DNA from: Lama guanicoe
Lineage: Eukaryota
Reading direction: 5' to 3'
DNA: 64,000 nt
NCBI GenBank assembly: GCA_013239625.1
Contig: MU055928.1
Coordinates: forward strand, 30,603,118 to 30,667,117
The position numbers and the translations under genes are program-made. Below, one piece after another: positions 52,289 to 63,270 of this stretch. The notes beneath the pieces were generated by a model that ran no database searches, was not told the DNA's origin, and was given only the letters and a program-made list of their open reading frames with translations. Position 1 is the first letter of the stretch; each line of letters begins with the position of its first letter.

Positions 52289-52400
52289 TTTTTTTTTTTT
52301 TGGAGGTAATTAGGTTTTTAATTTATTTTTTAATGGAGGCACTGGGGATTGAACCCAGGACCTCATGCAGGCTAAGCAGATGCTCTACCACCCCACCCCA
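52289..52400 (-). mobile_element. tRNA-derived Vic-1-like SINE, antisense
   Basis: Poly-T then ggaggtaattaggttt...actggggattgaacccaggacctcatgcaggctaagcagatgctctacca. Confidence 0.8.
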
Positions 52401-53692
52401 TTTTTTTTTTAAACCTTACACTTTTTTCTTTGTTATGTTCATGTTTTCATTTAAATCCTCGGACCTGTTTGTAACAACTGTTTAAATGTTGCCTGAATAT
52501 CATTATCTTTGTGGTTTCTAGGTATGTTTCTATTGGTTTGTTTTCCTTATGACTCTGACATTTTATGCATCTCTGCCCATCTGGTAATTTTTGCATTTGA
52601 TGCTGGATACTATGTATGCTACACTGTTGAATATTTGGATTTTGTTGTCTTCCTTTAGTGAGTACTGAGGTTTGTTTTAGAAGGCGGTCAAGTGACTTGC
52701 GGATCCACTTGATCCCACCAGGGCTAGTGTCACTCTCAGTAAGGGCCGTTTTAGAACAGCCCTTAGTCTACAATTATTTCAGCCCCAGACGCCTTCAATG
52801 AAAAGCTAGGTGTTCAGGGAGGTCTCTTCGCCTGACTTGGTAGGAACGTGAATGATTCCTGGCCCCGTGGGGGCCCTGAGCATTGGTCAGCTTATGGGTC
52901 TCTCACAGTTATCCTTGCCTAGCCTGATGGACTTCAGTTTTATTCTACACACAGGCAGATTAGCATTTTGCCAAAGATTCAAGGAGACCCCGATACAGAT
53001 CTCTTTTGTGTACAAATTCCAGTCCCCCAATTCCTATCCCTGTTTCTTCATCTCAGTGTGATGGGCTCTCTTATGTTTCTGCTCCCTTTGCGGTGATCTG
53101 GAAAATTCCTCTAGGCTAAAAGTGGAGTTATCATTCTGTTCACATCTTCTCTTTTCCTTCTTTCAAGGATCAAAGTCCTGCACTGTTATCATCCAATGTT
53201 TGAAAACATTTGTTTCGTATTATTTTTTCCAGTTTTTCAGTTGTTTATGGAAAGAGGGCAAATCCTATACTGGTTAATCTTCCACAGGCAGAAGCGGAAG
53301 TCCACACTCACAAAACCAACACTCAACAACCTATAACTTAGGTCCCCAGGCAGCATTTACTGAGGCTCCACCGTCGGCTGGGATCGCGGTAATAACAGCG
53401 ATGGCAAAATCTCTGAAAAGAAACTGGCTTAAACGAGTGTAAATCAGGAAGCTGACTGTAAGAGGGTAGCAGGATTGGGTTCTTGCAGTAATTTTAATAG
53501 TTTTCAATTAATCTGATCAGGATTTTGATTCCACTTGACATTATGAAATTTAAATGCTCACATATATTTTTAACATACATAAACTCATTCCTTATCCTTT
53601 GTTTTCACTATGTAAGTCCTTGATACGGCACACGTTGATGCCTTTTTTTTTTTGCACACTTGTAATCACCAACCACTCAGACTCCCATCAGA

Positions 53693-53698
53693 TTTATT
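53693..53698 (-). terminator. Candidate ICA polyadenylation signal
   Basis: AATAAA on the minus strand about 355 nt after the ICA stop, followed by GT-rich sequence; closer ATTAAA variants also exist. Confidence 0.45.
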
Positions 53699-54052
53699 GC
53701 TTAAATTCTATTTAAGTGAGTTCACTCTTGGGTAAAATAATCAAAGAATAGGGAGGGAAGTTGAGCTTATAAGGGGCTTAAGAAAAGATATAATTTAATA
53801 GAGATTCCATTCAGAAGCGCAATTCTAGTATAAAGAAACAGTTCTTCCCACCCCCAAATCTGAGAACATTTAATGAAGTTTTCTGAGAAGACACAATAAT
53901 TTTCATTCATTTTAATTTTTGCATCAGTTACAGCACATAATTATAAAGATAACTGACATTAACACAGGCCTGCCACACAGACGAGTGAGAATGTGGTCCC
54001 ACCGCATCCACGGGTTCTGAGCATCTTGGCCGTTGCCCACTTTGAACAGTTT

Positions 54053-54087
54053 TTAATTTCCATGGAATGTGCAGGCGTCCAGAAGTT
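54053..54087 (-). CDS. INHCA: ICA exon 17 (last)
   Basis: cacag|AA...: (E)LLDACTFHGN then TAA at 54055-54053. Confidence 0.9.
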
Positions 54088-54878
54088 CTGTGAGATGAAA
54101 CATAAGAGGAAGACCATCAGGTACTGCCTGTGTTTATTAAACTCATTTCTGTTCCTCTTTTCTAAAAGCAAATGGTAGGTAATAAGGATTTTTCTTTAAA
54201 ACTCTCTCTCTCTCCCCCCACTAACTGATGTCAGTGCTAACCTTAAACATCTACGTTTTCCTTTCCTCCTCTCTCATCATCTCTAACGCATGATATAATT
54301 TAACAAAATTTCAGGCACACTCTCAATAATTTGATGTTTTTCAGCTCTAATTTTATTTCTCCAATTTATTTCCTTTTGAGGCAGCTATGCTGTTTCTATA
54401 ATGTACAGAAATAGAGAGGAACGACCTACTTAGTGTGCATATGTAGAAATGGCCTACTTAATGCTAGCAATGCTTTGTTTCTATTAATATTATTTATACA
54501 TTTTACCTAAAATCTTTGAAAGTTGGTCCTTTATAAGTGGTATTTATCTGTCATTTCCAGCCCTCTCCCTATACTGAAGTGCTCACACACATACATTTTC
54601 ATTCTCTCAGCCGAAAAATAGAAATATATATGTTAGCAAGTTCAATTCCCAGATGATCTCAAGTTCTATTGTACTCTGTCTTCTTCAGACAACTTGGCTT
54701 TTTTTCAGGTAGTCCTATTCTGCTGCCTAATTGAGTTGTGTGCTTGGTTAGCCAGGAGCAAGCCCTCCAAATCCTTGTGTTCCTATTCGTACTGGCCCAG
54801 GACTTGGCACAGGTCATCCTTAATACAAACATGCTTACTGGACCCCGACTTTATTGCTCCTCTATTTGTTCTACTCAC

Positions 54879-55065
54879 CGGAGGGTAAGCACTGTCTCAT
54901 GTTAGCAATAACCTGAAGATACTCTGGCCCTAAGTATTTTTGATAAGTTGTTTTGTCCTGAAGTTTAGCCAAACATTCCGTGTCGTCACTGAAGAGCAGG
55001 TCCTTGTTTGGGGACTTGAACAGCTGGAACATCCTGTATTCAAACCCATTTCTTCCAAAGAGCTC
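54879..55065 (-). CDS. INHCA: ICA exon 16
   Basis: ELFGRNGFEYRMFQLFKSPNKDLLFSDDTECLAKLQDKTTYQKYLGPEYLQVIANMRQCLPS; 187 nt. Confidence 0.92.
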
Positions 55066-55071
55066 CTGGAT

Positions 55072-55094
55072 CAGACAGACAGACAGACAGACAG
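55072..55094. repeat. (CAGA)n tetranucleotide repeat at the ICA exon 16 acceptor
   Basis: cagacagacagacagacagacag seen directly. Confidence 0.9.
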
Positions 55095-55219
55095 TGAGTG
55101 ACCAGTGGCACCGGGCAGCATGGGGTTGCGTGCTCTGCCTCAGAAGCCCTGAGCCTGCTGGGCTGCCCTGAGTCCCTGGGAAACCTGGGACACGGCGACA
55201 TGTACGAGGCACTGTAGTC

Positions 55220-55390
55220 AAATGGCCAGAAGCACAGCCTCTGGGTTCAAATCCTGGCCTGAGCTTTTCCTGTCGTATGACTTTAGGAAAATTCTTGACT
55301 GAGCTCAGTGAACCTCAGTTTACCCATCTGTAAATGGAGATAATTACACGAATTAGTGAGATGATCTGTGTAAAGTGATGGCTACATAGA
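55220..55390 (+). mobile_element. MIR
   Basis: ctgggttcaaatcctggc...cctcagtttacccatctgtaaatggagataat. Confidence 0.7.
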
Positions 55391-56339
55391 AAGAGCACCA
55401 CGTTTGCCGCCGTATCACTATCCAGCCACCACTGCCGGATGCTTTCAGCTCTCTGGGTCGTGCTTGCAGGTCTCCCTGCTGTGTGGAGCCCTCGCTACTT
55501 TGCCTTTTCTGTTCCCTGGATCTGCCCCAGGCACTGACCACTGCCGTCTCTTCCTGCCTCTCCCCTCTCTTCATTCGTCCACTTCCCTTGTACCAAGGTG
55601 GCAGCTCGCCCTGTGTGGGCCCCACCCCTTCAAAAGTCCACGAGCAAGTGCTTCTTGTTTTGCCAGCTCTCACTGGGTCATCATTCTTTTACCGGGATGT
55701 GCGCATATGCTAAGATATGGATTCCTCATCTGGGGCTCCTCCAGGAACGGGGTGTGCTAGTGCGAAATGCAGAAGAGCCTTTGGGTTTTCCTTGAGATCA
55801 TCTGATCCAGGCAGCCTCTATTCCATACAATCAGCCCTTGATGGCTGCCTGCAGAGGTCAGAAGCTGCCCAAATGTTGGCTGTTCGACTTTCATGAAGCC
55901 CAAAACAGTGCTCAGCCTGGCCAGTTCAGGAAACACACTGGGACCCTCCCTAGGTCAGGCGGAGGACCCTCCGTTCCGCCTTTCTCGCATGCACCCAGCC
56001 TAGTGTGAAGGGACTGAGCCAACTCCCTTACTCCTGTGACAGAACAAGCCCAAGAGGTACCCTGGCTCTGCTCAGAGAGCCGAGTGAGTCTCAGGGAGGC
56101 GTGGCGATGCCTACGGGCCTGAGACTCTTCCAGTCTTCTGTGATATTCTAGACAGCCCCGGAGCAAGAAGTGAACACAGCCACCACCCTTCCACTTTCAG
56201 CAGACGCAGGACCCCCGACTTAGGGAGGAAGGCCCCCTGCCCAGGGAGAGAGCACGTGTGGCCGGGCTGGAGGTGTGTGTGTGCAGCTTTGCGAGTGAAC
56301 TGAGTATTTATTTGGAGGATGAGGACTGAAGGCCCATAC

Positions 56340-56524
56340 CTGTTGGTTGAAGAGCATTCTGCGGACAAAATCTGCCTTATCTTTCCTTGAGACCACAGCA
56401 TGATTTGGGACCACGGCCAGGTGGCAGCTCTGGGCCTCAGTCACAGGCTTTCTGGTGCCATCAAGACACAGCAGCTGAAAGTCCTCCTTCTTCAGACCCT
56501 TTGCCCAGGCCTCGGGGTTCTTTC
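56340..56524 (-). CDS. INHCA: ICA exon 15
   Basis: [62 protein letters not shown]; 185 nt. Confidence 0.92.
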
Positions 56525-57188
56525 CTGGGGAGAAAGAGGAGGTGGATGGGCCAAAGCTGATGGCTGTGGTCAAAGTACCCTCACTGGGTGCATGTGACCG
56601 AACACCGGTGTCTGGGAGAATTACGGAGACAAATGAAACAATAAAGCTTTCAGAACAAAACAGAAGAGAAACATTCATAAAGGCATAAACTCATAACCTT
56701 TTTGGTTAGTGCTTTTTCAGTCCCGTTAAAGGCAAAGATTTCTTCAACAGGCCTGAAAAGCACTAGCTGGAAGGGAAAAGACTGAGCGATTGAACTATTT
56801 TAAAATTAAGAATGTTCTTCAAAAGACATCATTAAGAATGTGAAAAGACATGCCTTTTCAGAGAGGGATGAGATACTTGCAATACATACAGCTGACAAAA
56901 ACTGGTATCCAGAATATACAGGACGCCTAAAATCAAGAGAGCAAACGTGCTCATATGGACAGTGGCCTCCGTGTGTCTGTTGGTTGGGTTCAAGGCCAAT
57001 GTGATAATCAACCCTGCCCAGTCTGACCAGACGTAAGAATTTTCTCATTCCCTAAATAAAAGACATTAGGACCAAAGTCACTGGAGTCTGATGGGGCTAA
57101 TAAACTTCCCCCGTTGCCACCTGGGGAGTGATTTTCCAGGACAGACTCGGAGTTTTCCGAGGGAGGAAGGGGCAGCGCCGGCACTGAC

Positions 57189-57253
57189 CGTCAGTGTTCT
57201 GCAGGACCGTGGGGTGCTTCACAAAGGCCACGTCTCCCTTCTCCACCAGACAC
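57189..57253 (-). CDS. INHCA: ICA exon 14
   Basis: CLVEKGDVAFVKHPTVLQNTD; 65 nt; cag/GTCAGT boundaries. Confidence 0.92.
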
Positions 57254-57544
57254 CTGCATGGCGAGGGTCAGGTCAGCAAGAAGGGCCGACAGGAGTGGGA
57301 GGGAGAGCGGGAGGCTCGCGTCCCCTCTCCCCGGGCCACTCGACATGTCTGACACGGACCGCTCACTCCCCCACACACAACTGTCGTGCCTGGCTGTCCC
57401 TGGGAACTCGAGGGGAAATGTAATAGGAGAAGAAATCTGCTTGTTTTGTTTCTACTGTAGATACCCACTGTTTGCTTCCTTATTTTAAATGCAGATCAAT
57501 TTCTCCACAGGAGATGCTTGTGCTCTCGTGTTAACAGGGATATT

Positions 57545-57698
57545 GGGGGGAGGGTACAGCTCAAATGGTAGAGCACATGCTCAGCATGCATGAGGTCCTG
57601 GGTTCAGTCCCCATGTATCCTCTCTAAAAAAAGTAAATAAATAAGTAAACCTAATTACCTCCGTCCCACCCCAAAACAAAGCAAACAAACAAACAAAA
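57545..57698 (+). mobile_element. Full-length tRNA-derived Vic-1-like SINE
   Basis: A-box and B-box-like segments (tacagctcaaatggtagagc; gggttcagtccc), A-rich tail, perfect 12-bp TSD aacagggatatt at 57533-57544 and 57699-57710. Confidence 0.88.
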
Positions 57699-57895
57699 AA
57701 CAGGGATATTCAAGGATGATTCTCAGTTGGATAGAAACTCACATCAGAGATTAAAATCAGCATGTAAGATGTGATTCTGAAAGAGTCATCACACACATAC
57801 AGCTACTCAGCCTTAATACACGTTAATGTGCATCACTAGATATATGTCCATGCGTAATCCCCTCAAAAAAGTTTCTCTGTGTTTAAGGTGCATTT

Positions 57896-58231
57896 GTGTT
57901 GTTGTTCAAGTACCGTCAGCTTACAATGTGTCAATTTCCAGTATATAGCACAATGTCTCAGTCATACATACACATACATATGTTCATTTTCATATTCTTT
58001 TTTATTATAGGTTACTACAAGGTATTGAATATAGTTACCTGTGCTATACGGAAGAAACTTGTTGTTTATATATTTATATATACTAGTTAATATTTAAAAA
58101 TCTACTCAGCCATAAAAAAGACTAAAATAATGCTGTTTGCAGCAATATGGATGGACCTGGAGATCATCATTCTAAGTGAAGTAAGCCAGAAGGAGAAGAA
58201 AATACCGTATGATACATTCATGTGGAATCTG
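57896..58231 (-). mobile_element. Short L1 insertion with an inverted 5' segment
   Basis: 57896-58102 is antisense L1 3' end; about 58102-58230 is sense upstream L1 sequence; flanks aggtgcatt / aggtgtatt. Confidence 0.8.
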
Positions 58232-58577
58232 AGGTGTATTCTTTATGAGAAATGTTGAGCACACTAAGAAATCAGTTTTGTGATATTCAGTCAGTTGGAA
58301 ATTGATATTAATCATTAATTTTCAGGAGCACCTCTCCAGTTGTCTCTCCAGTCTTCAGGTCTCTCAATTCTCAGCTAGGATCAGTTACTCCCATTCAATC
58401 TTCCTACAGAGACTTGCCCTATTTCTTTGCTTTACTCCCCCAGCCACAGAATCTCAGCCCTGAATGAGCATGATCACCTGCCTCAGGTGTGTCTGCACCT
58501 CAGCAGTAAGGCAGACCTGAACTTCCCAATCATTAACGTCACCTGGGCATTCCTGTGGTCCCTGCTCTACTCCGGAC

Positions 58578-58859
58578 CTGTGGTTCTCAAAGTGTAGGCT
58601 GGATTTCCAGCATCAGCACCGTGGGGAACTCACTAGAAATGTACATTCTACTAAGTCGCTTTGCTGTACCCATGATACTAACATTGGAAATCGACTACAC
58701 TTCAATAAAAAAAAAATAAGAATTAAAAAAAAGAGAGAAATGCACATTCTCAGCTCCCACCCCAGACCTACTACTGGCTCAGGAACTCTGGGGGTGGGGT
58801 CCAGAATCTCTGTTTTAACAAGGCCTCTGGGAGATTGGTGCTCTAGTGTGAGACCACTG
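58578..58859. mobile_element. MER5A-like element interrupted by an 86-bp L1 tail (58650-58735)
   Basis: Termini gtggttctcaa...tgagaccactg; 15-bp TSD agaaatg(t/c)acattct at 58635-58649 and 58736-58750. Confidence 0.8.
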
Positions 58860-60419
58860 CTGAGACACTCCCCTCCCTGCTCCATCGAGCAGTGACTTCA
58901 AAACGTTCTCCCACTTCCCGCAAACCTGTCTCTCCACATACCCTTCCCAACCTTCACTCTGACGTGTGCTCCCGCATCCCAGAGGAAACACAGAAATCAT
59001 CACATGGGCTCATTTCAGCATCCCTCTGCCACATCCTGCAGCCCAAGTCTCCAGCACTCTTCTCCTGCCCTCCAGGTACAAAGGAGGGGGGAAGGCCTCC
59101 TCCCCAGGTGCCCTGCATCCCACCCCACCCCCCTCAGGCACTTCCCACTGTAGTTATCCTCTGTCCTCTATAACCCTTGTGCTCTTTCCATCAACATGCA
59201 CACTTCTTTTTAAAACAAACAAACAACAAGCCCTGCCTTGGTCTCACACTGCCCTCAGCCATGGGCCTCTCTCCTCGACTCATCCAAGCACCTAAAAAGA
59301 TCATAGCACTAACCATCAGCACCCCTGCACACAACCCTCTCTGACCCTTGCCAATCATCTTATGGGACTGACTCACTATTGAATCAGTTCCTGCCGGAGT
59401 CACCAGATGCAGGGGCCAGTGCGCCGTCCTTGTTTTACTTGATCTCTCAAGTTCATCCTTTCCCAGTGATATGAAATTCCATCTTTGCTATAGACCAAAT
59501 CTAGTCTGTCCATGGGTTTGTATTGGAAGGTGTTTCTTTTCCATTGATTGATTTGTCATTCACATAAACCAGCCTGGACTGATCATAGTCTCACAATACT
59601 ATATAGTATTAAAATGTGATTTTTTTTTTTAGATTTTAAATACTAAGCTTTATGTAGGAACTGAACATAAGAAAGAAAATAATATTAGCAGCCAACATTT
59701 ATTGAGCACTTACTGTGATGGCCGTCATAAAATTTAATTGTCATAGCAACATATGAAGAAGATAATTAATATAATGTGATTTTTTATATCTAGGAAAACA
59801 AAATTGCCTCTGTAGAATTTTATTTATAAATTTTTGGTTCTTATTTGGTCTACCAAATTTTCATACTTTTTTGAGAACTGACTCCCCCTCCACATTCCCT
59901 TCAATTCACCTGATCACAGTGGAGGAAGCTAGACGTTAACAATGCAACTTCACTGCACGAGCTGGACAAGCAGGAAGTTCCACCTGAACTTGGCTGACAA
60001 TCCCGTTTCCTGGGGGCCGGGACATTATGGTCTGTGTTTGACTGCTTCTTTATAACTGAGGAGCTGGAACAATATCGGGGCTGCTGGTCACAGACTTTTT
60101 CCTCCATGTAGCCTGAGAAACAGAAACCCACCCTGTAGGGAAAGAGAAGTGAGGCAGATGTGCAGAAAGAAGAGAGACAGGGGAAGCAGAGTGTATCCCC
60201 TTATGCTAAAAACTCATTCATCGTTTATCTGGAATTCTAATTTAACTGGGGGGCCTGAATTTTACCTGGTGACTCTTGCCTTAAAGCATCTTGGCTGGGT
60301 CCTTGGTGTGTGTGTGTGGGGGGGAGGCTCCCACACACCTGTTAAAACATCCCCTTGGATTAAGTTGGTTCACGTGAGGTTTTATTCACTTGCAACCAAA
60401 GCCCTTATTCATTTTATTA

Positions 60420-62220
60420 AAGAAAAAAGGTTTTAATCAAGATAAGTTGAGAAGATGTATAGTTTTCCAGAGAGTGAAAAGAGCTAAAGAAAACATAAAG
60501 CAAGACAGGTGGATATGAAACATTGGTGAGGGGGTGTGTGTGTATGTGCGTGTGTGTGTAAAATTACAGAGTGGCCAGGAAAGAAATCCTTGAAAAATTC
60601 TAAAGTTGATGAGGGACCTAGCCATGATGATATGAGAAGGAAGAGCACTCCAGATGGGGGTAAGAGCAAATGCAAAGGCCCTGAGGCAGGAGCATGCCTG
60701 ATATCTTCAAGAAACAGCTGGGATGCCAAGATGCCTGAAGCAGAGAGAGCAAGGGGAAAGGTAGGAAATTAGGTCATACAGCGCCTTCCCAGATCACAAG
60801 GGGGCCATACAGGTCAAAGAAGGACCTTGGCTTTTACTCTAAGTAATATGGGAAATCACTGGGGGGATTTAAGCAGAGAAATATGATCCTCTGACTTATA
60901 TTTTAACAGAATCACTCTTGCTAATGTGTTCAGAATAGACTGTGGCTTGGGGAGGAATAGGACAGATGACAGAAACCTGTTAGCGGGGCTACAATCTGGG
61001 GAGATATGATGGTAGTTTGGATCAAGGTGGTACCAGTGGAGATAGGTGATGAGGTCAATTCTGGCTACCCTCTGCAGGCCAACATGATTTGATGATGACC
61101 CAGATACAGAGTCTGAGAGAAAGAGTAGACACATAACATACGCACCCCAAGGTTTTGACTTTTTCCTAAAGAAAAAATGGAGTTGCCTTTAACTGAGATG
61201 GGGAAGATGACAGGAGGTACTGGTTTGGGTAGGAGTGTGTGAAATTTCAGAAGCTCAGTTTGGGACATTTAAATTTGAGATGCTGATTAGAAATCCAAGT
61301 GGAGATGCCCAGGAGGTAGTTGGATGTATGACTCTAGCATTCCACCTGGAGATTTGAAGAGATGGCTGAACAGGAATGTAAATTTGGGAATTATCAGTAT
61401 ATAGATGGATCAAAACTAGATAAAACCACCCAGGTGTGGGCATGAAAAGAGAAAACCAAGGATGAAGCCCTGAGACACGCCGACAAGGCAGAACCAGCAA
61501 AGAGACTGAGACTCAGTAACAGGACAGAGAGGAGGGAACCCAAGAGAGTGTGGTGTCCTGAAGCACAGGAAGAAAATGTATGCGAGAGGAGGAAGTGATG
61601 GGTGGTACCAATGATCTGGTCTTTGGATTTATTTAGCAACATTGAGGCCACTGGTGATTTAAAAGTGCAGTTGCCTCTGCGTGGCAGGTGGTGGTGTACC
61701 AAGGGGGAGGTGTGTTGGGAGCAGACTCTCCACATGCCAACAGTGAGGAGGAAGGTTTTCTGCAAGTAATTTAAATACAATAATAAAACCAGCTCCACTG
61801 GTTGGGGCTGGGGGAGGTGAACAGATTCTCAAACTGGGTATTAGGGAGATTGAAAGGAGAAAAACTGAAATGAGCAAGGATGTGAAAACACACTGCTTCG
61901 AGGAATTGTAAAGAGAAGAAGCAACTTGGGAATTTGCTGGAAAGTGAGATCAAGAGAAGTTTTACCTATTTCTTTATGTTTGAGATGAAAAGATAGCAGC
62001 ATGTTTGTATGCTGATGGAAACCATCCTGTAGAGAATGGGGTGTGAGGATGCAGGAGAGAGAGGGAAGTACTGGGGCCACGCCCTCGAACGGACTGGAGG
62101 GGAGGCGACCAATGCAGGTGCAGGACTGGGCTCAGCCAGGAGGCAGCCTGCTCTTTCTGAATAAGAGGACAGAGGGCAGCGTCGATGGGCACAGAGGCCA
62201 GCACAGGGGCAGACGTAGCA
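60420..62220 (-). mobile_element. Long L2 LINE remnant (continues past the L1 and LTR insertions to its right)
   Basis: Minus-strand remnant HLYTDNSQIY resembles the L2 RT YADD motif; tgcaaaggccctgaggcaggagcatgcctg and ggaccttggcttttactctaagt are typical L2 motifs. Confidence 0.8.
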
Positions 62221-62237
62221 GTGGGACATCCTCTTTT

Positions 62238-62582
62238 TTGTCACTGTTGTTTTTTTTTAACATCTTTATTGTGGTATGGTTCCTATACAGTAAAATACAC
62301 ATATTTCAGATGTACACTTTGATGAATTTTGATAGACGTATAACACCAGTGACACCACCACCACAATCAAGATAGCTAACAGCTCCATCACTCCCCAAGG
62401 GGTGCAATTTTCAAATTCCCAATTTACCCCTTCCCACCCCCTTTACTCCCTGGTAACCATAAGTTTGTTCTCTATGTCTGTGAGTCTGTTTCTGTTTTGT
62501 AGATAAATTTGTTTGTGTCCTTTTTTTTTTTTTAGATTCCACATATAAGCGATATCATATGGCATTTTTCTTTCTCTTTTTG
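62238..62582 (-). mobile_element. Composite L1-derived insertion with a 17-bp TSD
   Basis: gtgggacatcctctttt at 62221-62237 and 62583-62599 flanks antisense L1 3' sequences. Confidence 0.8.
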
Positions 62583-62778
62583 GTGGGACATCCTCTTTTG
62601 GTTGCTTCCATTTTCTCAGGTGAAATAGGAAACAATGGTGTGACAGATGGAGGAAGAGGTTTTGGAGGACTGAGAAGAGGAAAGAGTGTGGAATGGTCTT
62701 CCAGGAGAGGAGGCTGGTGAGTGTGTTAGGTAGCGAGATAAGTGGGGCACTGGGTAGACAGATGGCAGAGAGGGAGTG

Positions 62779-63270
62779 TGGTCCAGATGATGGCATTATA
62801 CCCGCCTCCAGCATAAAGGGGCTTTACTTCTTCTAAATGAGTGGCAGCAAGAAACTGGTTGGAATCCAACAGCCACGACTGCAGGGTAGCAGAAAGGAAT
62901 TAACCAGACACAACCCAGTGTTTGTTGTATTATAATTAACTGCGGTTTAGGCCCCCTGCCATGGGTGTTTCTGTGTACATCATGGGTAAGGACATGCGCA
63001 AAGGGACCAAATGTGACTCAGCGCTCCGGGGACAAGAGCTGTCAATCAATCAAGAGACCACCTCTGAGCGAGGGCATGAGAGAAAAGAGAGACAAGAACC
63101 GTGGCTTTTTCCTCCTTTGGATCAGCTCGTCTCCCATTCTTGGGGTGTACTTTTCCTTTCTTTTTAAATAAATCGTTTAAAATCTTTCGCTACACAATGA
63201 ACCATGTCCTGACTGTAAACTTGTCTTCCGTGTATGACAAAAATCAGGGTCTTTACCTTTTGGGGTAACA
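62779..63270 (+). mobile_element. Solo LTR, probably ERV1 class
   Basis: TG...AACA termini, 492 bp, 4-bp TSD agtg (62775-62778, 63271-63274), internal AATAAA near 63167. Confidence 0.7.

Larger units (their letters stand above)
54053..57253 (-). other. INHCA: Inhibitor of carbonic anhydrase (transferrin paralog), exons 14-17; 5' part outside the window
   Basis: Four exons (65,185,187,35 nt) in TF phase pattern with an open frame; C-terminus ELFGRNGFEY...LFSDDTECLA...ELLDACTFHGN resembles recalled pig ICA; located directly upstream of TF. Confidence 0.9.

Noticed and set aside
54053-57253. Second transferrin-like gene as lactoferrin or a recent TF duplicate
   Set aside because: C-terminus (GRNGFEY, FSDDTEC, DACTFHGN) and position next to TF fit ICA; too divergent from TF for a recent duplicate
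57545-57615. tRNA gene
   Set aside because: The tRNA-like head is followed by a SINE body, A-rich tail and TSD
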